This document shows, in pieces, positions 1 through 14,142 of a DNA stretch of 64,000 nt (position 1 is the stretch's first letter; the number at the start of each line of letters is the position of its first letter). This DNA comes from Octopus sinensis (Eukaryota): NCBI RefSeq assembly GCF_006345805.1, contig NC_043008.1, forward strand, positions 12,648,001 to 12,712,000, given 5' to 3'. A model generated the notes under the pieces. It was not told the DNA's origin, did no database searches, and saw only the letters and a program-made list of their open reading frames with translations. The translations under genes were made by a program, and so were the position numbers.

Positions 1-42
<42 letters not shown>

Positions 43-913
43 ATATATCTATCTATCTGGTTTCTAAGTTGAGGACTAAAAATACACGCAAAACAAAAAC
101 AAAAACAAAAAAAAACAAAACAGATTTTTAGTATTATTTAACCGACAGTCGCTATGAGCTGCAATGAAACGAAATCAAAGGAAGCGAAATCAATTGAAAT
201 ACGATAAAATAAATAAACAAACACACAAACAAATAAATAAACATATAAATAAGTAAATAAGCGAATGAATAAATAAATAAATTTTTAACCGCATAAACAA
301 ATAAATAAATTGTTGAAGTTCAAGGAATATTCAAAGCAGAAAGAGAATAAAAAAGGAATTATAGTATTTTTTCAAAGCAGAATTTATTTATAGCTAGAGT
401 TAGTATTTTGCTGTAGGCCATACTCTCTTTCTTCATTATGGAACCGTTATCCCACACCGCATCACCTTGTTATATCGTGCTTAATGGTAAAACTTTTATT
501 CATGTCCTCCGTTTCTTCGTAATGGTTACAGACCCCTGTTGAAAATTTCAATCACGAAAAACTAAATTTAATTTTCTCTTCTCTGAAAATTGCAGACAGC
601 TGTCTTAGAATTATTATTGCTATCGTTGTTGTTGTTGTTGTTATTTTTATTATTATTATTATTACTATTTTAGATTTGCGTTGGAAGCGATAACAATGTA
701 TGTATTCGTTGTCATTGACATATTAACATTCGTTGGTCTGTCTACTTGCATAGCGATGCTATATACTGCCTATAGAATATAAAAATATACCAACACATAT
801 ATGCATGTTGTATATCACACATACACATATCTCTATGTATGTAAGTATTTATATATATATAAATATCTCTCTCTCTCTCAATATGTATATACATAAATAT
901 ATATATATATATG

Positions 914-963
<50 letters not shown>

Positions 964-1304
964 TTTTAAATATGCATGCATATGTATAAAATATATATTT
1001 TATACACATAAAGCGCGTATTAGTAACACTAAAAATTGAATTTAGCATAGTTGATCTACTGTTCGCACACAGACATAAATGTGTCGTATTATTCTCTTCG
1101 CACAGAGAAGATTAACTAGACTTATTTCACTGCTGGTTGGCTGCTCTTCAGCGTATAAACACTCCTCTCTCTTCTGCCCACGAAGAAAAAAGAAACGTGG
1201 TAGTAATCGCTATTTAAATCAGAAGCACACAAGAACCCAAGCGGAAATGGTTAAACTAATTTACATATCACGCATTAGTTAGTGGCATGATTAAATACAT
1301 CATC

Positions 1305-1800
1305 TCTCTTTACTGTTTTACTCTTTTACTTGTTTCTGTCATTTGACTGCGGCCATGCTGGAGCACCGCCTTTAATCGAGCAACTCGACCCCGGGACTTA
1401 TTCTTTGTAAGCCCAGTACTTATTCTATCGGTCTCTTTTGCCGAACCGCTAAGTGACGGGGACATACACACACCTGCATCGGTTGTCAAACAATGCTAGG
1501 GGGACAAACACAGACACACAAACATACATGGGAAACCTTGTAATTATTCTATTAGTCACTTCTGCAGAATCGCTATGTTACGGTGACTGAAATACACGAT
1601 CACCATTTGTAAAGCGGTGGTGGTAGACACACACACACGACGAGCTTCGTTCAGTTGACGTCTACCAAATCTACTCAGAAGGCTTTGGTCGGTCCAAGGT
1701 TGTGGTAGAAGACACCTGCCCCATGTGCTACGCAGGGGGACTGAACACGTGATCATGGGGATGGTAAGCAAACTTCTTACCACACAGCTACGCCTGTGCA
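1305..1800 (-). mobile_element. SINE family A: younger 3' part (1305-1530) abutting an older copy
   Basis: Reverse-complement match to 5759-6180. Confidence 0.85.
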
Positions 1801-2035
1801 CATGTAGAGGAACACAAGCAACACATGGCAATTGTATTAATACGAAATTAATATCAATTTGCGATCAATTAATATTGAAATCTTCTTAGACAATATTGTC
1901 TTAATTAGATGAGGTTAGGAAACGTGTCTTGCATTAACGTGGTTCGATCGCACTGCGCGGCACCTTGGACAAGTGTTTTCTATCAGTGTGTGCCTCTCTA
2001 TGTCTGTTTTTGTCTTGTGATTGAATTTGGTAGAC

Positions 2036-2290
2036 GGAAACTATGCGGAAGCACGACGTATATGTATATTTCTATGTACGTATTCGTGTGTGTCTCTGCG
2101 CGTGCGCGTATACTTGTGTCTGTTTGTCACTCTCCTCCGCAACTTATGAGTTCGGCAAAAGATATCGATAAAATAAGTACCAGAATGTTCTTAAAAAATA
2201 AGCACTAAGGTTGATGTATTCGAATAAATCACTTCTAGACCGTGCCCCGGCGTGGTCGCAGTCCAATGAGTGAAGCAAGTAAAAGATGCA
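2036..2290 (+). mobile_element. SINE family A, degenerate 3' part
   Basis: gagttcggcaaaagatatcgataaaataagtacc and gtcgcagtccaatgagtgaagcaagtaaaaga match the family A 3' half. Confidence 0.65.
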
Positions 2291-2721
2291 AAAAAGAAAA
2301 TGATAAATAAATAAATAAATAAGTTTAAAGATACTCGGCTGGTATTTTTCGTCTTCTGTGTGCTGTGTTCTTCATTAAAAGACAGTGTTTGTACATAGAA
2401 ACACTCAAATATGAACAATATATATCTCTTATTGATTTCGGACGATTATGAAAAACAGAATTTCAAAATGGTATTTGAAAGGCATACAGTTGGGCTGTTT
2501 GAATATCATGACAAGCTTTCATTGAATAAAATTGAATAAAAGAAATTTATTTGTTGATATTTACCATCGCCGTATGAAAAATGAGAATGGGGATAAGGGT
2601 TGGCAGCCAGTTAAAGAATAAAGGAAGCATTATAAATATGCATATTGGATATATCTGTGTGTGTGTCTGTGTGTCTCTGTGTTTGTGTACATACATATGT
2701 AGATACACAAGCATGTGTATG

Positions 2722-2767
<46 letters not shown>

Positions 2768-2782
2768 ATGTATATATATATA

Positions 2783-2813
<31 letters not shown>

Positions 2814-3105
2814 GTACATATATAAATATGTATATATAAATATATATATATATATATACATACACATATATATATCATATATATATATATGCATATATAT
2901 ATATACATACACATATATATATATATATGTACATATATATATAACATATATATTATGTACATATACGTATACATATATATATATGTACATATATAAATAT
3001 TATATATATATATAAGATATATATATATCTTATATATATATATATATATTATATATATATATATACATACATATATATAATATATATATAATTATATATA
3101 TATAT

Positions 3106-3138
<33 letters not shown>

Positions 3139-3578
3139 GTACATAGATAGGTACATGAATAGAAATATTCACGCACGGAAACAACGCACACAAACACACA
3201 CACCACGCACGCACACACATGCACACACACGCATACACACACACACATGCACGCACACACGTTTGTATGTGTGGCTCGAACTGTGCGATGATCTGTGATA
3301 TTAAAAAATATATATAACAGAGGAGAAATATAATCAAAGATATTTCATTAGCTTTTTTCTCTCTCTCTCCGTTGCGTGTTGTTGTGAAGGCGTCTGACTC
3401 AGCAGACATTATTATACGAAGCTATTAAGGTACCATTATTACTAATGTCCTACAGTGACTATCTGTACTTAGTGTCATTGCTGTATATGCTTTTCTTTAT
3501 GATTTGATTGCATTCTAACAATGTTTTTCCTTAATTTTATGAATGATGTGATCGATATGGTCGTTGTATTTATCGTAT

Positions 3579-3974
3579 ACTAGCAGTATCGCCCGGCGTT
3601 GCTCGGGTTTGTTTCGACCCTTTAGAATTGGAATTTTTGAAAAGTAAAACTTTTGCATTATGCAGCTTGTTATTCTCTTTAAGTGACCATTTTTCTGGTT
3701 GAAATACACCGAAAAATGACGACACAGCAGTCAAAAAATCGTAAAAAATAGGGATTTTCATAGAAAAGAGGCACCTATTTGATGTAAATAATTTTTGGTG
3801 TTAACATGGTTTGATTTGAATCTTTTCTTCTACGGAAGGAAGAGCAAGCCTTGTTCTATCAAACTCTCAATTTTGGTCAACTTGCGCTGCAGAGACTCAA
3901 AGGAGATAGTGTTAGTTGAAGGCTACGAAACCTGCCATACAGAGACAATTTCAGCTTTATATATAGAGAGAGAT
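3579..3974 (+). mobile_element. Non-autonomous Helitron/Helentron-like element (Lep1/HINE-style ends)
   Basis: 5' ACTAGCAGTATCGCCCGGCGTTGCTCGGGTTTG with a cccg/cggg hairpin; 3' acagagac...ctttatatatatagagagagat. The 5' 33 bp are identical to 17882. Confidence 0.65.
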
Positions 3975-5758
3975 TTGAATACTTAGTTCAAGTCCCGTAG
4001 AGGTTCAATTCGTAGATGTATTTGTAGTTCTGAGATCGTAAAAGTAAGTTCTGATAGAATAAGTACTTGACCAAAAGAATATCTTCTGGGGTCTATTCTT
4101 CCGACTAAACCGGTGGTTCACAATTGGGGGTCCATATAAGATTTTGTTGTTAAAATTCATTTGCTTATACTTCCATATGCAAAATGTTTTGACAATTTTG
4201 TTATAAATGATTTTTAACAATATTTAATTATATAAACATAATAGGATACAGATAAGGAAATAATGTTATTGTCAAACGCAGAGTGATGCTAATAATATAG
4301 CACGAATAGGATAAATTGTCCATATTTTGCAGGAAAATCTGTCGGCGTTTATCCTGTTCATGTTGTATTATTAGCACCACCCTGCGTTTAAGAATAAAAT
4401 TATTTCCTTATCTTTCAATACATTTCAATGGTTCTAAAGCAAACTTTGTTTGTTGACTTTCAACGTAAGTTGAATTTAAATATAATAGGATTGTTTTTAG
4501 ATTGGAGATGGCTAGGAGGGTCCTTCCGAGTAAAATAGGAATATAAAGGGTCCATAAGTAAAGCATGGTTGAGAAACTAACATATAAAGGTTACTACCAT
4601 TTTAAAACATAACTTGAACAATGTATACGTGATTTCCTCATAATCCATGCCTCCCTAGGCAAAACCAAATACATTATGGTACCAACATACGCACTATTTA
4701 TCATTCTTAGAAATTTCAGGACTTATTTTTCTTGCAACGCAATCGGAAAGCACTCTGCAAAACCGATTTAAAACTAATTAGTAAGTAGCCTTAATTCAGG
4801 AGGAGTTGGAAAATATAAGCCACAATGTATTTTTCTTCATGGAGCAAGAGTATGAGACATTCAATGATTAAGAGAAACGGAAAAGTTAAACGTGGAACGC
4901 CGCTCGTCAGCCATGGACACGGGAATTACTATAGTTTCGGCGCGTGTAAATTCGGAAATTTAACATTCCATGGTAATACTTCTCTGGTGTATTACTGAGG
5001 TGATAGACGTTACAATGAAAAGGAGTTGGAATGTAGAGGACAACACTTACATGAAACAGAAAAAATACAGACAGATACATGTAATACAGTTCAATAATAC
5101 AAAAACACATACATATGTAAGCGCGCGCGCATGTGAATGCGTGTGTTATGCAGTGTTTCGATGTGGGTTAGGGTACATGCGTATGTGTCTGTGCATATGT
5201 GTGTGCACGGGTATGTGCACCTGTATGTATGGATATATATATATCCATGAATGTGTTTTAGTGTCCTTTGTCTCATGGAACTAAATGACCCCACCCCGCT
5301 CACCATCTACTCGTTTAAGTCTGGACGACAACAAGCTAAGCAGTCTGCTAAAATCTGTCGCCAACATACTTTGCATGAGTTTCTTTTTACCGTAATACAT
5401 AACCCACATTCCTCATAATAATAAGTCTTTTCCTTCTTTATTTCCTTCTCTTTCTTCTTTTCTTCCAACCCTTTTACTGTAAATCACACTCACTCTGTGA
5501 TTATTATGGATCTCACCTTATGGTAACACGTTCATACGGGCTCTAAGCATTACTTTTTTTGTTTACGCTATTATTGTTTTATATCTTTGCTTTTAACTTT
5601 TCTATTCAATTGGAGTCACCATTGCGTTGTGACTGAGTTAGGAATATCCCTGCAGCAAGTAAACTTCCTTAGGCTAATCTTAGCCTGAGGATTAGCAACG
5701 CCGAGAAAAGTCCATTGAATAACACTTGCGTTATGAGCAATAGCGAATGAAAAAAAAG

Positions 5759-5918
5759 CAGAGTGGCTGTGTGGTAAGTAGCTTGCTAACCAACCACATG
5801 GTTCCGGGTTCAGTCCCACTGCGCGGCATCTTGGGCAAGTGTCTTCTGCTATAGCCCCGGGCCGACCAATGACTTGTGAGTGGATTTGGTTGACAGAAAC
5901 TGAAAGAAGCCTGTCGTA

Positions 5919-5961
<43 letters not shown>

Positions 5962-6180
5962 TTGTGTGTCTGTGTTTGTCTCCCTAGCATTGCTTGACAA
6001 CCGATGCTGGTGTGTTTACTTCCCCGTCACTTAGCGGTTCGGCAAAAGAGACCGATAGAATAAGTACTGGGCTTACAAAGAATAAGTCCCGGGGTCGATT
6101 TGCTCGACTAAAGGCGGTGCTCCAGCATGGCCGCAGTCAAATGACTGAAACAAGTAAAAGAGTAAAAAAAAGAGTAAGAG
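5759..6180 (+). mobile_element. tRNA-derived SINE family A, full length, with internal (TA)n(TG)n
   Basis: Head gagtggctgtgtggtaag (A box) ... ggttccgggttcagtccc (B box), cttgggcaagtgtcttct core, tail gaaacaagtaaaagagtaa. More than 10 homologous copies in the window. Confidence 0.92.
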
Positions 6181-6608
6181 TATGTAGTTTACATTTTACC
6201 TGTTTCAGTACCTCAATTTGGAATTTCATTCGCATTTTTAGCAGCACTAGTTGCTAACAGTGAGCTGTATAGAAACTATCGGCTTATCGAACTTCTCTGC
6301 AACTTCGATATGGGGGAAACTGAAAAACTCTCGATACCAACAAATTGTTATTGTATCTTATCGAATGCTGTCCACATTTTGTTCTTTGTACCAGCCACCT
6401 ACTGCTTGAAGCTTACAAACATCCTTCGATGCCGTTTTAACGGCGATACTGCGTTCAAAATTATCACATTCTTGTCTGTATCCTACTATACACCTTCCAC
6501 GCTTCTAAAATACAAATGTAAGCTTGTCTATATACGCACGTGGTTGATGTGTGTGTGTATGTAAACTTATATACTGTATATATATATATATATATATATA
6601 TGCATATG

Positions 6609-6674
<66 letters not shown>

Positions 6675-6691
6675 TAATATATATATATATA

Positions 6692-6733
<42 letters not shown>

Positions 6734-6776
6734 GTATATATATATACATATATACACACACATATATATATATATA

Positions 6777-7248
6777 TGTATGTATGTATGTATATAGCTG
6801 TATACATTCACTCACACAGACATATAATTATAATAGTGCAATCATTCATATTTCTTGATGGCATATATATACATATATATATATATTTATGTCTGAGGTA
6901 AGCTATTTCCGTCTATTCTTTCAGTCTTGTACTGCAGCCCCGAGTAATTCATAATTTCATAAACATATTTTGGAGTAATTTTGCTGAATAATACCTCGCT
7001 AAGAAAATTACTGTCTCGTAGAGTTCCAGTTTCGAATAAATAATACCACCACCACCCCCGCCACCACCACCACCACCAAAACTAACGCTACTACCACTAT
7101 CACCATCTTCTACCACTACCACCATCACTACTATCACCAATATGTAAACTGATTGAATTATGCCTACATACATACATACAGATTCGAACACAGTGACACA
7201 CACGAACACAGACACACACAACACACCCATATATATATATATATATAG

Positions 7249-7283
<35 letters not shown>

Positions 7284-7712
7284 GTATATAGCTGTACACA
7301 TTCACTCACACAGACATATAATTATAATAGTGCAATCATTCATATTTCTTGATGGCATATATATACATATATATATATTTATGTCTGAGGTAAGCTATTT
7401 CCGTCTATTCTTTCAGTCTTGTACTGCAGCCCCGAGTAATTCATAATTTCATAAACATATTTTGGAGTAATTTTGCTGAATAATACCTCGCTAAGACTAA
7501 TTACTGTCTCGTAGAGTTCCAGTTTCGAATAAATAATACCACCACCACCACCACCAAAACTAACGCTACTACCACTATCACCATCTTCTACCACTACCAC
7601 CATCACTACTATCACCAATATGTAAACTGATTGAATTATGCCTACATACATACATACAGATTCGAACACAGTGACACACACGAACACAGACACACACAAC
7701 ACACCCATATAT
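6777..7712. repeat. ~494-bp tandem duplication
   Basis: gctgta(t/c)acattcactc starts at 6797 and 7291. The copies differ mainly in (CCA)n and (TA)n length. Confidence 0.92.
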
Positions 7713-8019
7713 ATATATATATAATATATATATATATGTGTGTGTGTGTGGTGTGTGTGTGTGTGGTGTGTGTGTGTGTGTGTGTATATATATATGTATA
7801 TATATATATGTGTATATATATGTATATATATGTATATATATATATGTGTATATATATATATATATGTGTATATATATATGTATATATATGTATATATATA
7901 TGTATATATATGTATATATATGTATATATATATATATATATATATGTATAATATATATATATGTGTATATATATATGTATATATATGTATATATATATGT
8001 ATATATATGTATATATATG

Positions 8020-8050
<31 letters not shown>

Positions 8051-8295
8051 GTATATATATATACATATATGTATATATATGTATATTATATATATATATA
8101 TACATATATATATATACATATATATACATATATATATACATACATATATATATATACACATATATATATATACATATATGTATATATATGTGTATATATA
8201 TATATATATATCGACTGCAAAAGAAGGTATATAGGCAGAGATAAAAACAATGCTGACTAGATACTGATGAGAAAGCAGAGAGAAAGAAACATAAA

Positions 8296-8349
<54 letters not shown>

Positions 8350-8355
8350 ATATAT
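7710..8355. repeat. Long compound (TG)n/(TA)n/(TATATG)n microsatellite, representative of more than 25 similar tracts
   Basis: Similar tracts at about 1-60, 2650-3140, 6560-6790, 15970-16390, 22320-22780, 35500-35850, 46480-46730, 55200-55680, 59770-60290, 62600-63890. They are the source of the YI/CV pseudo-ORFs. Confidence 0.97.
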
Positions 8356-8960
8356 GCCATCAAGAAATATGAATGACACACACGCACACAAAGAAGAGAG
8401 AGAGAGAGAGAGACAGCGTGACTGAGAAAGCGAGAGAGAGATATAGAGAGAGAGTGGTAGTGTTAGATGGAATGACACATGGATGGCGGGGTGGTGCTGA
8501 AGGCGAAGAAGATGAGAATAGATTTTGTGTTGGCCATATGGAATCTATAGATTTCGAATCGAAATAAAAGAAGAAGAGTAAATTATGTATAGTAAGACGA
8601 AGGCATCTCAGATCTTGTGGATATTCGTGCGGCGCTGGAGGAAAAGATTCTTTGAATTAAAGGAATATCTTCGTTCTCACATCTACTTAAGGAAAGAAAA
8701 TAAATACGATGATCTATGTGTTTCTATAGATTAAGCTGTACTTGTTGAAAAATGCCCAGCCTAACATTAATCTCCTCTTTATATCTTTCTTTGTCTTTTG
8801 CTTTTTGCACTTGTTGTTTGTTCAATGTATAAGTAGTTTCCTATTTGTTCTGTTTCGTTCTCTACACGGCAACCGCATTTGGTTCTACTTCACAATTTAT
8901 CTTGATTTTAGTTTGCTCTTGTGCAATAAGCAAGCGTTGATCTTCCTCGCAAGCTTATAA

Positions 8961-9011
<51 letters not shown>

Positions 9012-9099
9012 GTTTCCTCCGCCTTCTCCTCCTACACTGCTTGTTATCATCGATAACATGTCATCAGCGAATGGTGACAACGATGTGGATATTCGTTTA

Positions 9100-9559
9100 C
9101 TTTCATTTGCCTGCTTCAGCCATTTGACTGCGGTCATGCTGGAGCACCACCTTAAAGGGTTTTACTCGAACAAATCAACCCCCAGGATTAATACTACTTC
9201 TATCGGTTTCTTTTCCTTAATACTACTTCTATCGGTTTCTTTTCCCTAATACTACTTCTATCGGTCTCTTTTCCCTAATACTACTTCTATCGTTTCTTCT
9301 ACCGAACCGCTAAGTTAAGTGGACACGAAGAAACACACCTATACCAGTTGTCAAGCGGTGATGGGGCTAAAAATACAGATACAAACATACACGCACATAT
9401 ACAACGGACTTCTTTCAGTTTCCGTCTACCAAATCCACTCACAATGCTTTAGTCGGCCTGAGGCTATAGTTGAAGACACTTGCCCAAGGTGTCATGCAAT
9501 GGATCTGAACCCGGAACCATATGGTTGGGAAGAAAACTTCTCACCACACAACCACACCT
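9100..9559 (-). mobile_element. SINE family A with internal ~29-bp tandem repeat x4
   Basis: Family A homology; taatactacttctatcggtttcttttcc(c) is repeated at about 9188-9295. Confidence 0.85.
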
Positions 9560-9909
9560 TTAGAATTTTGGAGATGTTTACCACGTATATCGTAAAATTA
9601 TTTTGGTATGTATCTTTTTTATTCGGCACCTTCCCGTATATTGGTGTTAACATCCGTTCAGTATAGTTCGAGGATATTTGTGCTAACAGCCTATACATCT
9701 TCTATCGGGGTGATGTCGATTTTTTGCGTGTCGAGGCAGAGGCGTAGCCAGAGTTTGAGCTGTCAAGGACAGCCATAGTGTTTGCTGCTTCCCTGAGTAC
9801 CCAACCCCATACAGGCTTATACAGCACACCGAAAAGTGCAGCTCCCAGTCGATCGCCCCTTGTCATCCCACATATGCTAGTGTATCGAGATCTTTCAATG
9901 AGTTCAAGG

Positions 9910-10075
9910 CAAATCAACTTCCGGTGGCCACAACTATTTATTCTGCCAATCTATCTCAGAGATTTGCGAGAGGTAGATGTGGAGGTCTTCAAAGAGCGTC
10001 TGGACAAATTTTTATCTGAAATACCAGATGAACCCGCATCGTGACAGGAAGCACAAGGAAGGGCGACTCAGTCCC
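9910..10075 (+). mobile_element. CR1/L2 ORF2 3' fragment
   Basis: NFRWPQLFILPIYLRDLREVDVEVFKERLDKFLSEIPDEP resembles the F..RGP.LFN.LP..LR....VD.FK..LD.FL terminus. Confidence 0.7.
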
Positions 10076-10203
10076 ACTTGTTTTTTTTCTTTTTTCATCA
10101 AGAACAATACAGAAACCCAAACACACTGAAAGGGGGTGCTCAAGCCTAGCCCCAGCCTCTGATTCAAACCAGTAAAAGATAAACGATATGTGTGTATGTG
10201 TGC

Positions 10204-10238
<35 letters not shown>

Positions 10239-10269
10239 TAGATATACACGCAGACACTTTCAGAATTTA

Positions 10270-10710
10270 CTACCAACTACACTCATCAGATTCGCAACAT
10301 ATGGATGCGAAACCTGGACACTAAAGAAAGCTGACCAGAAGAGAATTAATGCATTCGAGCTTTGGAGTTGGAGAAGATTTTTAAGGATTCCATGGACAGC
10401 GAGGCTCACCAATGGAGAAGTTCTTAAGCATATAGGCCCGAAAATGTCGCTAGAAGCTAGGATCCCCAAGCATAGATTGGCATATTTCGGTCATATTATG
10501 CGGAGAAAATTCCTGGAGAAGGACATCATGCTCGGAATTGGTCAGTGGCAAGAGAGGAAGAGGCCGACCAAAAACCCGCTGGCTTGACACCATGAAGAGT
10601 GATACCGGAATGGACATAGCCAATCTGAAAGAAGCGGCCCAGGGTAGAACTGACAGGAGGGCACTGATCCAACGAGTGACCGAGAGTCGACCTCGACTGA
10701 GCGGTTAGAG
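10270..10710 (+). mobile_element. RTE-clade LINE 3' fragment
   Basis: YGCETWTLKKADQKRINAFELWSWRRFLRIPWTARLTNGEVL...LAYFGHIMRR...LEKDIMLG, then after a frameshift RGRPKTRWLD...VTESRPRLSG*. Confidence 0.93.
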
Positions 10711-11517
10711 AAACACTCATCAACGTTTGCTAACCGTTGTCAGTATTTTGTTGATGTCTGTCACGTCTTCAGCGATGCACGATTTATTTGTGGAGATGAA
10801 ATGTCCTGTTCTTTTCATTTTCCTATTTATTTATTCTCGCATCAACGCCTACTTACGTTCACTTTCACTTCCTTTTTTATGGCGGTATCCTTTATGAAAC
10901 AGGTGTTGATGACATTTGGCATATTTCAGTTATCTAGCAAAGCTTAAACGTTTAGCCCTTGACAGAAAAGAACCTTAAAAGACAGGAGAATTGAAGACTA
11001 ACTGGTGTTAAGTAATCGATTTACCAAATTATATGACAGCATACATGGTATAACAACTGAAGCAGCAAGATAAAAGAGTCAATCCAAGAATGTGCAGCAG
11101 AAATAGCCGGAGAGAAACAAAAGGAACTTTTATCAAAGTTACCGAGAATGCTAAATAGCTAACCGAAAGAAATGTAGATAAAATAAGACTATGACGATGC
11201 AGACACCATTAACATGTTCACTGACTCACTGAACTATCAGAAAAAAAATACAGAAAAGTATCTGTAAATATAACACGTGATAAAATTGATGACAAAGAAC
11301 AACAGAATCTTGTACTATCAGAATAAAATTACGAGAATGTTGGATGAATTTTGGGGAAATCTTTATGATAACAACAGAGAGGCAGCGAGTGAAAATCAGT
11401 TTTTTTTTTTTTTAGAGTTTGAAGTCACAAAGCTGTGGGTGGAGTTTATACTTAAAACCGATGACAGGGCGGAAAAAGACCAATAAGACTCGGCCGTCAA
11501 GTTATATATATATATAT

Positions 11518-11735
11518 TGTGGCGCTGAATTGCCTCAAGTTCCGCAATCAGTTTGACGCCCTGCAGCGGCCACAGTTGAGAACAGTATACGAGACGACTG
11601 GGACTGGAAGTTCTCCATAGGAGTAGAATGGAATCGTTGTTGCTGATTCTGGATGAATTCAGAATACATCCAGTTACTCGCTTGCACAGCGCTGCACTCT
11701 TGGTAATATGCACACGGAATGTTGCATCAGTACTC
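11518..11735 (-). mobile_element. CR1/L2 reverse transcriptase C-terminal fragment
   Basis: MSTDATFRVHITK...LLLWRTSSPSRLVYCSQLWP..VKLIAELEAIQR resembles the LVRPxLEYCSQLW...LExVQR region. Confidence 0.8.
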
Positions 11736-11840
11736 ATACACATACACTCACACACACACACACACACACTCCCACATATCGATATATCCACATAAATCCA
11801 CATATATGGATATGTATACATTCATATATATATATGTATA

Positions 11841-12182
11841 TATTTCTTTACTACCCACAAGGGGCTAAACACAGAGAGGACAAACAAGGACAGACAAACG
11901 GATTGAGTCGATTATATTGACCCCAGTGCGAAACTGATACTTTAATTATCGACCCCGGAAGGATGAAAGGCAAAGTCAACCTTGGCAGAATTTGAACTCA
12001 GAATGTAACGGCAGACGAAATACCTATTTCTTTACTACCCACAAGAGGCTAAACACAGAGGAGACAAACAAGGACAGACAAACGGATTAAGTTGATTACA
12101 TTACATCGACCCCAGTGTGAAACTGGTACTTTAATTATCGACCCCGAAATGATGAAAGGCAAAGTCGATCTCGGCGGAATTC
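11841..12182 (-). mobile_element. SINE family B, tandem partial units
   Basis: Two copies of the ~180-bp unit tatttctttactacccacaa...gaatttgaactcagaa. Confidence 0.88.
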
Positions 12183-12508
12183 ACATATATATATATATGT
12201 ATATACTACCCAGTAGAGCCAGTAGAGCCTTGTTTTTACTTAAGTGTACCTATGTCTGGACGTATTACTTCTTAACATTAGCTTCTCTCTCCAATAATAG
12301 TTATTTAAGCCTGTGTAATATGTCATCCGTTCATCTGTTCACAGACAACACTACACACCAAAACGGTTCTGTCAAGCACAGCTGATGTTCTTCAATGTCT
12401 TCGGAGAATTTCCCCCAAATAGATGCTACATACACAGAAAGCCAACTATTAATAGATTACGCTGTAATTAGTTTTTCAAGGCCTGTTCTGTTTTCATCAG
12501 CTTCCATT

Positions 12509-12569
<61 letters not shown>

Positions 12570-13594
12570 CTGTCACTCTTTTCGATCCCTTAATCTTTCT
12601 CTTTTGTTTTCCGTTGCTCTCTTTCTTTCACCCCACACATACACAAGCATACATCTGCATACACATATTGGTGCACCAACATACACACACACACATCAGG
12701 CTTGCACTCGTACAAGCAATTCTCGTGCTGGTAATCTAAGATTACAACGAACAAGAAATAAACAAACTAAATCTGCAACGCAGTTTCGATTCCTAGCTAT
12801 AGTATAATTTAATTTTCTTCATGTTGCCGGTGGCAATAAGAGAAGCAAAAACGAAATCAAAATTCCATTTCTTATATATATTTTATCGCAACATGATTAA
12901 TTGCACGAACTAAAATATGTTCTTCGCAAATATTAGAGAAATGAATGAAATTTCCGCAATTAGATTAATTATCTTTGCTTAATTGACCTACAACAAACTA
13001 ACAGGGTAAGTCTATAGCTAGTACATTTGCACTAGGATTTCATCAATCTAAAATGGATGAAGTTAAAAATCGACCTCGATGGCATTCGTACAAAGATGAA
13101 AGTAAAATGTCTTGTGGTTTTAGCGTTTGCTTTCGCTTCTTCATTTCTTTCATAAATCAATTTATTATACACCATTTAAGAAATATGGAACCTAGCTAAT
13201 TTGGCGCTACTAGCATCTAAGTTAAAAGTCCCTTCCATGGCTTCAGTATATCGTGTGAGACCTCGAACCTTGCTCTCCAAGCTGTAGGCATTTTTTTTTG
13301 TCTTCTAATTTTGACTTGTTTCAATCATTGGACTGCGGCCCTGCTGGAACACCGTCTTGAAGTATTACAAGGCATTCTATATTGCTATTTTGACGACATT
13401 GGCAAATCTGAGGATACTATCTGAGTATATTTGTTTAATCCAGTGATTGCTGAATAGTGAATTCTCGAGAGTAAACTGCTCATCAATCACTAGTTTAATT
13501 AAATTAACTCAGGTATTATATTGAAGGGTACCACCTCTTAGAATTACGAATATCAAACTAATACCCTTAACGCGGCAAGTACGACTTTATTAAA

Positions 13595-13931
13595 AAGAGT
13601 AAAGATCCCCATTGGTCATGAATGACCATAGGATTGCACCTAGAAAGTTCCCCTCTGAGGTGCAAGTCCGAAAAATTTAATCAAGGAAGACCAGCAGCCG
13701 CCATGCATACCAGCTTCACTTCTCCCCGTTACCGATGTTATCCAAGGGGCAGGCAAAGGTTGATACAGCTTGTTACAAGTGGCGTCGCAACTCATTTCTA
13801 CAGGTGAGTGAAATGGAGCAACGTGAAATATAGTGTCTTGCTGAAGAACACAACATACAGCCTGGTCCGAGAATCGAAATCACTATCACGTGATTGTGAG
13901 TCCGACGCTCTGACCACGGAGCCATGCGCCT
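13595..13931 (-). mobile_element. SINE related to family D (same head and core, different tail)
   Basis: Minus strand aggcgcatggctccgtggtcagagcg...gatttcgattctc...gtgttcttcagcaagacactatatttcacgttgctcc. Confidence 0.78.
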
Positions 13932-14142
13932 TATAACAAAACTATAACCACATTGAGAAAAGGTAAGCGTTGTTGAACAATGATTAACTCAACCAAACAA
14001 AGGCAACGGTAAAAAGAAAGAAACAAATGAAATATGATGAGGCTCAAAGGGCACCGAGAAATTTAAATTCGAAACATGAAATGTAGTGATGTAAAGAACA
14101 GGGTGAGCTTTGATGTAATCAGGTCATTTTGTTGCGATAAAG

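Noticed and set aside
2547-8387. YI/CV/HT-rich ORFs here and throughout the window
   Set aside because: These are translations of (TA)n, (TG)n and (CA)n microsatellites.
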